Source of the DNA: Bacteroidales bacterium
GTDB lineage: Bacteria > Bacteroidota > Bacteroidia > Bacteroidales > UBA7960
Length of the DNA: 53,453 bases
Assembly: GCA_003559475.1 (NCBI GenBank)
Contig: PWLF01000193.1
Location: 1-53,453, forward strand
Reading direction: 5' to 3'
A program made the position numbers and the translations under genes. Shown piece by piece: positions 1 through 12,009 of this stretch (position 1 is the first letter of the stretch; the number at the start of each line of letters is the position of its first letter). Below the pieces are notes generated by a model. That model had not been told where the DNA came from. It saw only the letters and a list, made by a program, of their open reading frames with translations, and did no database searches.

Positions 1-43
1 AATTCATTTTTGATAAAAGAAATTTTAGGCAGAAATTATCGCC

Positions 44-613
44 TTACAACTTTTTGTTCTTATGCGGAAATTTCATTTTATAATTAACATCAATATTTCC
101 TTTTGATATAGCATTTAACTTTCTTTTTAGAAGTTGCCGCTTGAAAGGTGATACTTTATCAATTAATACCTTGCCTTCCAAATGGTCATATTCATGTTGG
201 ATAATACGTGCAACAATGCCACCATATTTTTTTTCAATTAAATTGAAGTTCTCGTCATAATATTTTATAAAAACTTCACTTTTTCTTCTCACATCTTCTC
301 TGATAAGAGGAAAACTCAAACAGCCTTCGTTAAAAGTCCACTCTTTTCCACTTTCTTCTATAATAACCGGATTGATAAAAACTTTTTTGAATCCATCAAG
401 TTTTTCATTTTCTTCCTTGAAAGGTGTTGCATCTATTACAAAAAGTCTTATGCTTAAGCCAACCTGAGGTGCTGCTAATCCAACACCTTGAGCGTTGTAC
501 ATAGTTTCAAACATGTTGTTTATAAGATCATCCAATTCAGGATAATCTTTGTTTATTTCAGAGGTCTTGTTTTTTAAAACCTGATTTCCATGCGCAATAA
601 TGGGTAATATCAT
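44..613 (-). CDS. def: Peptide deformylase
   Basis: Motifs GVGLAAPQVG, EGCLS and QHEYDHLEG. Confidence 0.97.
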   Translation of the reverse strand: MILPIIAHGNQVLKNKTSEINKDYPELDDLINNMFETMYNAQGVGLAAPQVGLSIRLFVIDATPFKEENEKLDGFKKVFINPVIIEESGKEWTFNEGCLSFPLIREDVRRKSEVFIKYYDENFNLIEKKYGGIVARIIQHEYDHLEGKVLIDKVSPFKRQLLKRKLNAISKGNIDVNYKMKFPHKNKKL

Positions 614-615
614 GA

Positions 616-1038
616 TTAATCTTTATTATTTAATTTTTCCATATAAGATTGGAGCATAATAGTAGCACTAATAGTATCAACAAGCGACTTATTTTGCCGT
701 GCTTTCCTTTTTAATCCAGCATCTTGCATTGTTTTTAGTGCCAATTGTGATGTGAACCGCTCATCTATACGTTCAACAGATATTTTGGGAAATTGTTTTT
801 TAACTTGTTTAACAAATGGTTCAATAAATCTTGATGCATCTGAGTCTTTACTCTTCATATCTAATGGTTTGCCGATTACAATACATTCAACATCTTCTTT
901 TTCAATATATTCTTTTAAAAATGACATTATGTCTTTTACATGTATTGTTGCCAAGCCATTAGCTATAATCTTATTTTTATCGGTAACGGCTATGCCGACA
1001 CGCTTTTGCCCGTAATCAATTGCAAGTATTCGCCCCAC
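616..1038 (-). CDS. ruvX: YqgF/RuvX RNase H-fold nuclease (pre-16S rRNA maturation)
   Basis: RILAIDYGQKRVGIA, DERFTS and VDTISATIMLQ; adjacent to def as usual in Bacteroidota. Confidence 0.93.
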   Translation of the reverse strand: MGRILAIDYGQKRVGIAVTDKNKIIANGLATIHVKDIMSFLKEYIEKEDVECIVIGKPLDMKSKDSDASRFIEPFVKQVKKQFPKISVERIDERFTSQLALKTMQDAGLKRKARQNKSLVDTISATIMLQSYMEKLNNKD

Positions 1039-1160
1039 AGTTAATGTTTTAATTTTTTGCTAAATTATAAAAATCAATTAAATTATTACTAATAAAAGAA
1101 TGTTAATTAAATAATAGATATTGTTTATAAGTTTATATTGTCTAATTAAAAGTGTTTAAT

Positions 1161-1168
1161 TAATTTTG
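1161..1168 (+). promoter_or_regulatory. Putative Bacteroidota -7 promoter element for mutS
   Basis: TAATTTTG matches TAnnTTTG, 26 nt before the TTG start; the AT-rich background limits specificity. Confidence 0.45.
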
Positions 1169-1194
1169 TTTTTGAATTAAAAAAAGTATAAGTT

Positions 1195-3819
1195 TTGTCA
1201 AAAGGAGAAGAAAAAGAAGTTGCAACGCCTTTGATGCGCCAATATAACACCATAAAGGCAAAATATCCTGACTCGTTATTATTATTCAGGGTAGGAGATT
1301 TTTATGAAACTTTCGGCGAGGATGCTGTTAAAACATCACAAATTTTAGGAATAATATTGACAAAACGTGCTAATGGCGCTGCGTCCAGCGTTGAGTTAGC
1401 AGGGTTCCCTTATCATGCACTTGAATCATATTTGCCGAAGTTGGTAAAAGCAGGTCAACGTGTTGCAATATGTGATCAACTTGAAGACCCTAAGAAAGCG
1501 AAGAAAATTGTAAAAAGAGGTGTAACTGAGCTTGTAACTCCGGGAATAGCTTTTAATGACAGAGTGCTGGATGTGAAAGAGAATAATTTTTTAGCGGCTA
1601 TTCATTTTAGTGATAATAATTTAATTGGGATATCTTTTTTGGATGTTTCTACAGGTGAATTTCTATTAGAACAAGGCAACTTTGAATATATAGATAAGCT
1701 GATACAAAGTTTTAAGCCAAGTGAAATTGTTGTTCAGAAAAATAAGGTTAAAAAATTTCACGAAATATTTTCGGGGAAATTTTATACGACAACTCTTGAT
1801 GATTGGGCTTTTACAAAAGATTTTGCTGATGATATTCTTTTAAAACACTTTGATACTTTGTCTTTTAAAGGTTTTGGTGTTGAAGGTATTGATGAAGGAA
1901 TTATTTCTGCAGGAGCAATAATGCATTACTTGTCAGAAACTCACCATGACAAGCTTCATCATATTACAAAAATATCCCGTATAGATCAAGAGCAGTATGT
2001 ATGGCTGGATAAATTTACTATGAGAAATCTTGAGCTTCTTTATAGTCCAAATGAAGAGGCATCAACATTAATAAATGTTATTGATCATACAATATCTCCA
2101 ATGGGTAGCCGACTACTCAAACGTTGGACTGCAATGCCTTTGAAAGAAAAAACTTCAATTGAAGAGAGACATGACGTAGTAGAGTATTTGTTAAAAGATT
2201 ATGATTTATCAGAAAATCTTAGCAATTGGATAAAATCTATAGGTGATCTCGAAAGGCTTATTTCAAAAGTTGCAGTAAGAAAAATTAATCCTCGTGAAGT
2301 GCTTCAAATTAAAAAAGCTCTTGAATCTGTAGAGCCAATGAAAAAAGAGCTTGAAAAAACAGACAGCTATCCTCTGCAAAAAATATCGGAGCAGTTGAAT
2401 CCTTGTTCAATAATAAAAGACAGAATATCAAAAGAAATTAAAGAAGAACCTTCGGTTCTTATATCTAAAGGAAATGTTATAAATGATGGCGTTTCAGAAG
2501 AGCTTGATGAGCTTCGCTCAATACTTAATTCAGCAAAAGATTATTTGCTTGGTTTAAAACAAAGAGAACTAGAAAGAACAGGAATTCCATCATTAAAAAT
2601 TGCGCATAATAATGTTTTTGGTTATTATATCGAAGTTACTAATACGCATAAAAATAAAGTGCCTGAGGAATGGGAACGAAAGCAAACCCTTGTTAACGCC
2701 GAAAGATATATAACGCCGGAATTAAAAGAATACGAACATAAAATACTTGGTGCCGAAGAAAAAATATTAGTGCTGGAAGAAAAAATTTATACGGAGCTAT
2801 TACATGCACTTGAAGAATATATTCAACCAATTCAAATAAATGCTAATTTGGTTGCTAAACTTGATTGCTTGTTGTGCTTTGCGAATATTGCTAAGCAGTA
2901 CAACTATGTCAGACCTGAAATAAATGATAGTTATGTGATTGATATTAAAGAGGGACGACATCCGGTAATAGAACAAAGATTGCCGGTAGGAGAAGAATAT
3001 GTTGCCAATGATGTGTATTTGGATAATGAGACTCAGCAAATAATGATAATTACTGGTCCTAACATGTCAGGAAAGTCAGCTTTATTGCGACAGACTGCTT
3101 TGATAGTTTTGCTTTCACAAATGGGGAGTTTTGTTCCGGCTAAAAAGGCATCAATAGGTTTTGTTGATAAGATTTTTACCCGCGTTGGAGCATCCGATAA
3201 TATCTCTTCAGGAGAGTCCACTTTTATGGTGGAAATGAATGAAACAGCTTCAATTTTAAATAATATTTCCAACAGAAGTCTGATATTGCTTGATGAAATA
3301 GGCAGGGGAACAAGCACTTATGACGGCATAAGCATTGCATGGGCAATAGCAGAATATTTGCATGAACACCCGCTTTTCAAAGCTAAAACGCTTTTTGCTA
3401 CTCATTATCACGAATTAAATGAACTTGCAAGTTCATTTTCAAGAATAAAAAACTATAATGTAACAGTAAAAGAATTGCAAAATAAGGTCATATTTTTACG
3501 AAAATTAGCTAAAGGAGGAAGTGAACACTCATTTGGAATTCATGTTGCCCGTATGGCAGGAATTCCATCCATTGTTGTTGATAGAGCAAAATCTTTGCTG
3601 TCCGGTTTGGAAAAATCACATGCAAATGAAAATATATCAGGCTCTCCTAAGAAAAAAAATAATAAAAAAGAGGATTATCAATTAAGTTTTATACAACTTG
3701 ATGACCCTTTATTAGAACAAATTAAAGAGGATATTCTTAATACCGACATTGATACTCTTACACCTGTTGAAGCCCTTATGAAACTTAATGAGATAAAGAG
3801 ATTACTCGGGAAAAAGTAA
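1195..3819 (+). CDS. mutS: DNA mismatch repair protein MutS
   Basis: [15 protein letters not shown], Walker [23 protein letters not shown]; TTG start. Confidence 0.98.
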   Translation: MSKGEEKEVATPLMRQYNTIKAKYPDSLLLFRVGDFYETFGEDAVKTSQILGIILTKRANGAASSVELAGFPYHALESYLPKLVKAGQRVAICDQLEDPKKAKKIVKRGVTELVTPGIAFNDRVLDVKENNFLAAIHFSDNNLIGISFLDVSTGEFLLEQGNFEYIDKLIQSFKPSEIVVQKNKVKKFHEIFSGKFYTTTLDDWAFTKDFADDILLKHFDTLSFKGFGVEGIDEGIISAGAIMHYLSETHHDKLHHITKISRIDQEQYVWLDKFTMRNLELLYSPNEEASTLINVIDHTISPMGSRLLKRWTAMPLKEKTSIEERHDVVEYLLKDYDLSENLSNWIKSIGDLERLISKVAVRKINPREVLQIKKALESVEPMKKELEKTDSYPLQKISEQLNPCSIIKDRISKEIKEEPSVLISKGNVINDGVSEELDELRSILNSAKDYLLGLKQRELERTGIPSLKIAHNNVFGYYIEVTNTHKNKVPEEWERKQTLVNAERYITPELKEYEHKILGAEEKILVLEEKIYTELLHALEEYIQPIQINANLVAKLDCLLCFANIAKQYNYVRPEINDSYVIDIKEGRHPVIEQRLPVGEEYVANDVYLDNETQQIMIITGPNMSGKSALLRQTALIVLLSQMGSFVPAKKASIGFVDKIFTRVGASDNISSGESTFMVEMNETASILNNISNRSLILLDEIGRGTSTYDGISIAWAIAEYLHEHPLFKAKTLFATHYHELNELASSFSRIKNYNVTVKELQNKVIFLRKLAKGGSEHSFGIHVARMAGIPSIVVDRAKSLLSGLEKSHANENISGSPKKKNNKKEDYQLSFIQLDDPLLEQIKEDILNTDIDTLTPVEALMKLNEIKRLLGKK

Positions 3820-3975
3820 CACTTAAGTTTATTTTTTTGCTAAAGTTGTTTTTTTAAATGAACTTTGCAAACATTTTTTAAATTACTCGGTTTAAAGTAT
3901 TAAATCAATTTATATTTTTTTATAGAGTAAATTGCAAAATTTGTGGCATACTAAGCGATTATAAAATTTATACCG

Positions 3976-6840
3976 ATGAAGGATCCGTTTTTGTTTACAG
4001 GTAATGAAACGTTAAAAATATATGGCGCTAGAGAACACAATCTAAAGGATATTGATGTTGCTATTCCAAGAAATACTCTAACTGTAATAACCGGTTTGAG
4101 TGGTTCAGGTAAAACTTCATTAGCTTTTGATACAATATATGCTGAGGGTCAAAGACGTTATATAGAAACTTTTTCTTCCTATGCAAGGCAATTTATGGGG
4201 AATATGGAAAGACCCGATGTTGATAAAATTGAAGGTTTAAGCCCTGTAATAAGCATTGAGCAAAAAACTACCGGCAAAAATCCTCGTTCTACCGTTGGGA
4301 CAGTCACGGAAATATATGATTATCTAAGGTTGTTGTTTGCCAGAACAGCTTATGCATATTCGTATATAACCGGTAAAAAGATGATAAAATATAGTGATGA
4401 GAAAATTATAGACCTTATATTAAAGAAGCATCACAAAAAAAAAGTCATTCTTCTTGCGCCTTTGGTAAAGGGTAGGAAAGGTCACTATAGAGAGCTTTTT
4501 GAACAAATTTTGAGGCAAGGTTTTTTGAAAGTAAGAATAAATGGAGAAATAAAAGATTTGACTTATGGGATGAAACTTGACCGATATAAAACGCATGATA
4601 TTGAAATTGTTATTGATAAAATAAGTATAAATAATGAAAATCTTAAAAGATTAAATCAGTCTCTTCAAACAGCCATGAAGTATGGCAAAGGTTTGATAAT
4701 GCTCGTTGATGAAGAAAGCGGGGAGGTTTTTCATTTCAGCAGGAATCTTATGTGCCCGGAAACAGGTTTAGCATACGATGACCCCGAACCAAACACATTT
4801 TCTTTTAATTCGCCTTATGGTGCTTGCTCAAGGTGCAATGGACTTGGCTTTGTCAATGAAATCAGCATTAATAAAATTATCCCTGAAAATAAAAAATCTA
4901 TTCGTAATGGTGCAATAGTACCGCTTGGTAGCTATAAAAACAATTGGATTTTTAAGCAAATTGAAGCAATATTATTCAAGCATGGTTTTAATCTTGATAC
5001 GGAAGTAAAAAAATTGACTCAGGATACTTTAAATGATATAATGTATGGTGCAGATGAAATGGTAAAGATAAAAAATGAGAGCCTGGGAATAACAAATGTA
5101 TATACGCTTGATTTTGAAGGTATAGTTAATTTTATGGAAGATCAATATGATAATAGTTCTTCGAAAAATTTGCGTAAATGGGCGTATAAGTTTATGAAGA
5201 AAATGCCATGCCCCGAATGTAAGGGACAAAGATTAAAAAAAGAATCATTACACTTCAAAATTAATGATAAAAATATTGCTGATTTGGCAGAGATGGATTT
5301 GAAATCTCTTAAAGATGAATTAAATTCAATAGACAATAGTTTTGATAAAAGAAGAAAGAAGATTTCTAAAGAGTTGATTAGAGAACTTAATAACAGGTTA
5401 AAGTTTTTGCTTGAAGTAGGGTTGGGTTATTTGTCTTTGAATCGCTCTGTTAGAAGTTTATCTGGAGGGGAAAGTCAGAGAATCAGATTAGCAACGCAAA
5501 TAGGTACTCAACTGACAGGGGTGCTATATATACTTGACGAGCCAAGCATTGGTTTACATCAAAGAGATAACAGGCAGTTGACAAATTCATTAAAAAATCT
5601 CAGGGATATTGGGAACTCAATAATAGTTATAGAACATGACAGAGATATTATTTTATCGGCTGATTATATTATCGATATGGGACCCGGTGCCGGAAATAAA
5701 GGAGGGGAGATTATATCCCAGGGTTCTCCGGATGAGATTGTTAAACATAATACATTGACTTCACAATATCTTAAGAATAAAAAAGATATTGCTTTGCCGG
5801 AAAATAGAAGAAAAGGTAATGGTAATGTTATAAAACTAAAAGGTGCGAAAGGACATAATTTAAAAAATGTTAATGTGTCAATGCCTTTAGGTACACTTGT
5901 ATGTGTTACAGGTGTTTCCTGAAGCGGAAAATCTTCTTTAATTAACGAAACTCTTTATCCTTTGCTGAGTAATCACTTCTACAGATCAGATAAATCTGTT
6001 TTGCCATATAGCTCCATTGAAGGTATAAAAAATATTGACAAGGTAATAGAGATAGACCAGTCACCTATAGGTCGAACTCCTCGTTCTAATCCTGCTACAT
6101 ATACTAAAGTATTTGATGAAATTCGTAGAATTTTCGCTTCTTTACCTGAATCTCAGGTTAGAGGCTATAAGCCCGGGCGGTTTTCGTTTAATGTAAAAGG
6201 AGGTCGCTGTGAAACATGCAAAGGAGGAGGGAAAAAGGTTGTAGAAATGAATTTTTTGCCTGATGTACATGTGTTGTGTGAAACATGTCATGGACTTCGA
6301 TATAATAGAGAGACTTTAGAAGTTAGATATAAAGGCAAATCAATAAGTGATGTTTTAAATATGAACATAGATCAAGCATTATCGTTTTTTGAAAATGTTC
6401 CATTAATAGTTCAGAAGCTGAAAACATTGTCGGCAGTTGGTTTGGGTTATCTTACTCTTGGTCAAAGCAGCACATCTTTGTCGGGAGGCGAGGCTCAAAG
6501 AGTTAAACTGGCTGCTGAACTTTCAAAAAAAGATACGGGTAAAACTTTTTATATCCTTGATGAGCCAACAACCGGATTGCATTTTGATGATGTAAGAGTA
6601 TTGATGGGCGTTCTTAATAATCTTGTAGATAAAGGAAATACGGTTTTAATTATTGAACATAATATGGATGTAATAAAAGTTGCTGACTATATAATAGACC
6701 TTGGTCCTGAAGGAGGAAAAGACGGAGGTAAAGTAGTTTTTAGTGGAACACCCGAAGAGTTGTTAAAAATAAATAATAATCATACTGCTTATTTTTTAAA
6801 AGAAGCAATAGGAAGTTCTCAAAAAAATAAAAAAATGTAG
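3976..6840 (+). pseudogene. uvrA: Excinuclease ABC subunit A interrupted by one in-frame TGA (nonsense allele or sequencing error)
   Basis: ORFs 3976-5922 and 5962-6840 are in the same frame. The junction reads [16 protein letters not shown], where the consensus is GVSGSGKS. Zn fingers and both ABC signatures are intact; read-through length is 954 codons. Confidence 0.9.
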
Positions 6841-6842
6841 CG

Positions 6843-7661
6843 TTATTCCTTTATTTTATGCATATATTTTCTGACGTCAAAACTAAAAGTTCTATCTACA
6901 ACCCACTGATTTAAATTGTTATCTATTTCAAAAAATCTTATATTGTCATTATTTAAAACTCCAATAACGCCCGGCTCGAATGGAATAATGGCCTCATAAT
7001 CATCTTCCATTTTCAAAACTATATCATTTTCGAAAATCCATTCTCCTTCATTATTTAAAAAATAGAATCCAATTTTGTTATCAAAAGCTATACCCATTTG
7101 CATATCTCCAATTGCAAAATATTCTTCAACTCCTTCCGGTACATTAAATAAGATATTTTCCATTTTTTGCCACTTACCATCACCTCCTAAATGATAAAAG
7201 GAGACAATGCCATCATTTTCAATACCAACGATACCCATATCATAAGTCATTTTCATAACAGTCAGCTTGTCAAATTTTTCAGGTAAAACAAGCATCATCC
7301 TGCTTTCTTTTGCCCACTGAAATTGACGATCAATATAGTAGAAATCAACAACATTGTCGTGAACAGCTCCCACATAACCCATTCCCAATCCAATAATACC
7401 GTCTAATCCTTCAGGTAAAATAAACTGTGATGCTCTGTCTAATTTCCATGTACGGTCACTTGAATAATAAAAAATGTGAAGCTTGTTTTCGCGAATCAAC
7501 CCAATTGTCCCTTGACCCGGAGTAATAATCTTATGAGCTTTTTCATTATGCTTTTGCTCAATGTTAATATTTGAAGGGGTGTCATCTTTACAAGAAATTA
7601 ATATTGTAAAAATAAATAGAACAAAAATTAAACCCTTAATAAAAAATACTTTGTTTGTCAT
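6843..7661 (-). CDS. Hypothetical lipoprotein with five ~44-aa repeats (probable beta-propeller)
   Basis: Lipobox LISC followed by KDD; five repeats of pattern G-x-hG-h..N-hh-F(Y/F)....W......h-hPE. Confidence 0.75.
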   Translation of the reverse strand: MTNKVFFIKGLIFVLFIFTILISCKDDTPSNINIEQKHNEKAHKIITPGQGTIGLIRENKLHIFYYSSDRTWKLDRASQFILPEGLDGIIGLGMGYVGAVHDNVVDFYYIDRQFQWAKESRMMLVLPEKFDKLTVMKMTYDMGIVGIENDGIVSFYHLGGDGKWQKMENILFNVPEGVEEYFAIGDMQMGIAFDNKIGFYFLNNEGEWIFENDIVLKMEDDYEAIIPFEPGVIGVLNNDNIRFFEIDNNLNQWVVDRTFSFDVRKYMHKIKE

Positions 7662-7713
7662 TTTAATATTTATATGATTATGGAGTTAAATAAAGAATAT
7701 TCAAAATATTTTG

Positions 7714-7721
7714 CAAAAATA
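7714..7721 (-). promoter_or_regulatory. Putative -7 promoter element for the lipoprotein gene
   Basis: The minus strand reads TATTTTTG(CA), about 50 nt upstream of the ATG. Confidence 0.4.
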
Positions 7722-7962
7722 GCAGAAATATTTTTTTAGTCAAAATAAACTTCTTGATTTATATGACGGTAATATTTAATAACCATAGCATAGCTTTTTT
7801 TATAATATCCTAATTCCGAGTTGAAATTAAACTACCTCCATAATTTTTTCATTGCTTGTGGGCGTTAGTTCTAATAAAAATGTAGTTGCTAAAAAAACAC
7901 TAATAATAATCGCTTAAAAAAGTTTTTAACAAATAAATAAGCTGTCAATTGCTTGATTTTTT

Positions 7963-7970
7963 TAATTTTG
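7963..7970 (+). promoter_or_regulatory. Putative -7 promoter element for aspS
   Basis: TAATTTTG(CA), 25 nt upstream of the start. Confidence 0.5.
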
Positions 7971-7995
7971 CATATTACTAACAAAATAAAATATT

Positions 7996-9750
7996 ATGAC
8001 TATGAGAACACATACATGTGGAGAACTAAGAATAGAAGATACCGGTAAAGAAGTTGTTTTGTGTGGTTGGGTTCAGCGTTCAAGAGATCTTGGAGGGATG
8101 GTTTTTGTTGATTTAAGAGATAGATATGGAATAACTCAATTGGTTTTTAGTGACAGTATAGACGAAGAGTTATACAAAAAAGCTAAAACTTTAGGAAGGG
8201 AGTTTGTTATTAAGGCTAAAGGGACAGTGGTTGAGCGAACTAATAAAAATCTTGAAATATCAACCGGTTATATAGAGATAGTTTCTAAATCACTTGAAAT
8301 ACTTAGTGAATCAGAAAATGTCCCTTTTACTATTGAAGAGGAAACAGATGGTGGTGAAGAATTAAGGATGAAATATAGGTATTTGGATTTAAGGCGAAAT
8401 GTTGTTCAAAATAATCTCATAATAAGACATCATTTGGCTTTTGAAGTGAGAAACTTTTTAAATCAATTTAGTTTTTTAGAAGTAGAAACGCCTGTTTTAA
8501 TAAAATCAACCCCTGAAGGAGCTCGCGATTTTCTTGTTCCTTCAAGACTAAATCCGGGACAGTTTTATGCACTGCCTCAATCTCCTCAAACTTTTAAGCA
8601 ATTGCTTATGGTTGGAGGAATTGATAAGTATTTTCAAATTGTAAAATGCTTTAGAGATGAAGATTTTAGAGCTGACCGCCAACCCGAATTTTCACAGATT
8701 GATTGTGAAATGTCTTTTGTTACAAAAGAAAAAATATATGAAATTTTTGAAAGCTTAGTTCGTCATCTTTTTGTTAGAATAAAAGGTTTTGAACCGGAAA
8801 AATTTTATGTAATGAAATATGACGATGCTATAAAATACTATGGCACAGATAAACCGGATACCCGCTTTGATATGAAATTTGTTGAACTTGACAAATTTGC
8901 TAAAGGTAAAGGTTTTAAAGTATTTGATGATGCTGAACTGGTTGTAGGGATAAAAATCCCCGGATGTGCTGATTATTCAAGAAAGCAGTTAGATTCACTT
9001 ACCGAATGGGTTAAAAGACCTCAAATAGGAGCAAAAGGATTGGTATATGTTAAAATAAATAGTGATGGCACTTATAAATCTTCGGTAGATAAATTTTTTA
9101 GCAATGAGGATATAAAAGAATGGGCTGATGCTTTTAATGCAGAAGAAGGCGATTTATTGCTGATTTTAGCAGGAGAAAATAAGCATACTCGTAAAGCTCT
9201 GGGAGAACTTAGATTGGAAATGGGAAATAGATTAGAATTAAGAGATAATAAAAAATACAAATGCCTTTGGGTTGAAGATTTTCCACTCCTTGAGTGGGAT
9301 GAGGAAACAAGCAGGTATTATGCTATGCATCACCCATTTACTACTCCTTTAGAAGAAGATATTCCTAAACTTGATAAAGACCCCGGAAATGTTCGTGCTA
9401 ATGCTTATGACCTTGTAATTAACGGTGTTGAGATTGCCGGAGGATCTTTAAGAATAAACAACAGAGAGTTGCAGTCAAAAATGTTTGAAGCTCTCGGAAT
9501 ATCAAAAGAGGAAGCAGAAAAACAGTTTGGGTTTTTATTGAATGCATTTAAATATGGTGTTCCACCACATGGAGGAATAGCTTTTGGATTTGATAGATTA
9601 TGTGCCTTGTTTGCAGGTACCGATTCTATAAGAGATGTTATTGCTTTTCCTAAAAATAACGCAGGACGTGATATTATGATAGACTCGCCGGCAGCTATAG
9701 ATGAAAAACAACTCAATGATATAAAGTTAAAGATTGACATTAAGAAATAA
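7996..9750 (+). CDS. aspS: Aspartate--tRNA ligase
   Basis: [54 protein letters not shown]. Confidence 0.98.
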   Translation: MTMRTHTCGELRIEDTGKEVVLCGWVQRSRDLGGMVFVDLRDRYGITQLVFSDSIDEELYKKAKTLGREFVIKAKGTVVERTNKNLEISTGYIEIVSKSLEILSESENVPFTIEEETDGGEELRMKYRYLDLRRNVVQNNLIIRHHLAFEVRNFLNQFSFLEVETPVLIKSTPEGARDFLVPSRLNPGQFYALPQSPQTFKQLLMVGGIDKYFQIVKCFRDEDFRADRQPEFSQIDCEMSFVTKEKIYEIFESLVRHLFVRIKGFEPEKFYVMKYDDAIKYYGTDKPDTRFDMKFVELDKFAKGKGFKVFDDAELVVGIKIPGCADYSRKQLDSLTEWVKRPQIGAKGLVYVKINSDGTYKSSVDKFFSNEDIKEWADAFNAEEGDLLLILAGENKHTRKALGELRLEMGNRLELRDNKKYKCLWVEDFPLLEWDEETSRYYAMHHPFTTPLEEDIPKLDKDPGNVRANAYDLVINGVEIAGGSLRINNRELQSKMFEALGISKEEAEKQFGFLLNAFKYGVPPHGGIAFGFDRLCALFAGTDSIRDVIAFPKNNAGRDIMIDSPAAIDEKQLNDIKLKIDIKK

Positions 9751-9761
9751 GAAAACCGAAA

Positions 9762-11714
9762 ATGATCATCGTTAACAAAATTTCTGTTCACTTTTCAGGA
9801 GATTACCTGTTTGAAGATGTATCTTTCATAATTAATAATAAAGATAGAATTGGGCTTGTCGGGAAAAATGGAGCAGGGAAAACTACTTTAATGAAAATTT
9901 TAAATAAGAATCTTTCCCCAGAGCAAGGTAATATCGAAATTCCAAAAAATGTAAAAATTGGTTATTTACCTCAAGAAATAAAGTTGAGAAGTGATAAAAG
10001 TGTTATTGATGAAACATTAACAGCTTTTAAGGAAGAACTTAAACTTCAAAATGATATTGATGAGCTGAACAATTTAATTTCTAAAAGAGATGATTATCAA
10101 TCTGATGAATATAACAAGTTGGTGCAAAAACTTGCCGAACTTACAGAACGTTTTGATATTCTTGATGGTCCAAGAATTGAGGTGAAGTCTCGGCAGGTAT
10201 TGCGTGGCTTAGGTTTTCTGGAGAGTGATATGAATGCCCCCTTGTGCAAATTTAGCGGTGGATGGCAAATGAGAGTTGAACTTGCAAAAATTCTTTTGAA
10301 AGAACCTCAACTACTAATGCTTGACGAGCCAACTAATCATTTGGATATCCAATCAATTACATGGCTGGAAAATTATTTGGCTGAATACCCCGGAGCGGTT
10401 ATTATTGTTTCGCATGATAGAGCTTTTCTTGATAATATAACAACAAGAACCCTGGATATTTCTAAAGCAAAAATATATGACTATAAAGCTTCTTTCTCAG
10501 AGTATGAAATAATGAGAAAAGAGAGGCTTGAGCTTGAAATTGCTGCAGCAAATAATCAGCAAAAACAAATTGAGCAAATAGAAAGATTTATTGAACGGTT
10601 TAGATATAAAGCAACAAAGGCAAAACAAGTCCAATCTAAAATCAAAATGCTTGATAAAATAGATAAAGCAGAAGTTGATGAAATGGATCAAAGCTCAATA
10701 TCTTTTCGATTTCCGCAAGCCGAACATTCAGGTAAAGTAGTGATAGAAGCATCAAATATAACTAAGAGCTATGGAGAAAAAAAAGTCCTTGATAACTTAA
10801 ACTTTATGATTAACAGAGGCGAGAGAATTGCTTTTGTTGGCAAAAACGGAGAAGGAAAAACAACATTATCAAGGATTATTGTTAAAGATCTTGATTATGA
10901 AGGAAATATTAAGCCCGGACATAATGTTAAAATAGGGTATTTTGCTCAAAATCAAGATGAATTACTCGATAAAGAAAAAACAGTTTTTCAATCTCTTGAT
11001 AGTGTCGCAGTTGGAGAAGTAAGGAAGAGAATACGAACTATCCTTGGTGGCTTTTTGTTTACAGGTGAAGATGTTGATAAAAAAGTAAAAGTGCTTTCAG
11101 GTGGTGAAAAATCCAGACTTGCAATTGCAAAAATGTTGCTCTCTCCCGTAAACTTCTTAGTGCTCGATGAACCTACAAATCATCTGGATATGCGTTCTAA
11201 AGATATACTAAAAAGTGCTTTACTCCAATTTGATGGTACTTTGATAGTTGTTTCTCATGATAGAGATTTTTTAAATGGTCTGACAAATAAAGTTTTTGAA
11301 TTTAAAAATAGACAAATAAAAGAGTATATCGGGGATATATATGATTTTATTGAAAATAGAAAATTAGATGATCTTGATGATCTTGAAACCGGAAAAATAA
11401 AGCAAAATGAAACGGTAAGCAAAAGGGCAAATAAAACGTCAGATAGCAAGAGTGAATGGCTTGATAGAAAACGAGCTGAAAGTGAAAAAAGAAAGTTGCT
11501 TAATAAAGTATCCGGCTCCGAAAAAAGAATAGAGAGTCTTGAAGTAAAGATAAAGGATATTGAAAAAGAATTATCCCGCCCGCAAAATAATTCCGATTTT
11601 CAAAATTCTGATGAAGTATTTGAAGAGTATAATAAACTAAAAGAAGCTCTGAAGGAAGAACTAGAATACTGGGAGAAGTTTAATTTGGAGTTGGAAAAGT
11701 TTCAATCAGAATAA
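9762..11714 (+). CDS. ABC-F family ribosome-associated ATPase
   Basis: Two ABC domains (GKNGAGKT and GKNGEGKT, LDEPTNHLD twice), no TM segments, C-terminal coiled coil. Confidence 0.95.
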   Translation: MIIVNKISVHFSGDYLFEDVSFIINNKDRIGLVGKNGAGKTTLMKILNKNLSPEQGNIEIPKNVKIGYLPQEIKLRSDKSVIDETLTAFKEELKLQNDIDELNNLISKRDDYQSDEYNKLVQKLAELTERFDILDGPRIEVKSRQVLRGLGFLESDMNAPLCKFSGGWQMRVELAKILLKEPQLLMLDEPTNHLDIQSITWLENYLAEYPGAVIIVSHDRAFLDNITTRTLDISKAKIYDYKASFSEYEIMRKERLELEIAAANNQQKQIEQIERFIERFRYKATKAKQVQSKIKMLDKIDKAEVDEMDQSSISFRFPQAEHSGKVVIEASNITKSYGEKKVLDNLNFMINRGERIAFVGKNGEGKTTLSRIIVKDLDYEGNIKPGHNVKIGYFAQNQDELLDKEKTVFQSLDSVAVGEVRKRIRTILGGFLFTGEDVDKKVKVLSGGEKSRLAIAKMLLSPVNFLVLDEPTNHLDMRSKDILKSALLQFDGTLIVVSHDRDFLNGLTNKVFEFKNRQIKEYIGDIYDFIENRKLDDLDDLETGKIKQNETVSKRANKTSDSKSEWLDRKRAESEKRKLLNKVSGSEKRIESLEVKIKDIEKELSRPQNNSDFQNSDEVFEEYNKLKEALKEELEYWEKFNLELEKFQSE

Positions 11715-11997
11715 AAAATAAATATTTTTTAAAATCAGATCAAAGCAATATAGCCTAAAACTTCTACTTAGATAAAAAAAATATATATAAATAACGCTTT
11801 TAACAAATTTTAACTTTTCAATATAGGGTTTTAAAAAAAAAAATTGTTTTTATTTGCATAGTATTTTATATTTTATTGTTGATAAAATTATTTTTTAGTT
11901 CGTTTAAACAATTTAAAAGATTGATTTTTAATTATTTTAACTAATTGTTTTTTTAAAACTTTTTATTATCAATTTATTTTATTAAGTTCACTAAAAA

Positions 11998-12005
11998 AAG
12001 GAGGT
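11998..12005 (+). promoter_or_regulatory. Canonical Shine-Dalgarno sequence AAGGAGGT
   Basis: AAGGAGGT-ATAA-ATG before the 12010 ORF. Confidence 0.5.
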
Positions 12006-12009
12006 ATAA

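Noticed and set aside
1-7. Possible minus-strand ATG of a gene downstream of def
   Set aside because: Only two codons lie in the window, so it cannot be supported.
5920-5922. Alternative genetic code (TGA=Gly/Trp) or selenocysteine in uvrA
   Set aside because: TGA terminates the flippase, GT4, VanY-like, symporter, GWxTD and rlmB genes at expected ends, and the position is a Gly, not a Cys site.
5962-6840. Independent 292-aa ABC ATPase
   Set aside because: It is the in-frame C-terminal part of uvrA and lacks its own Walker A.
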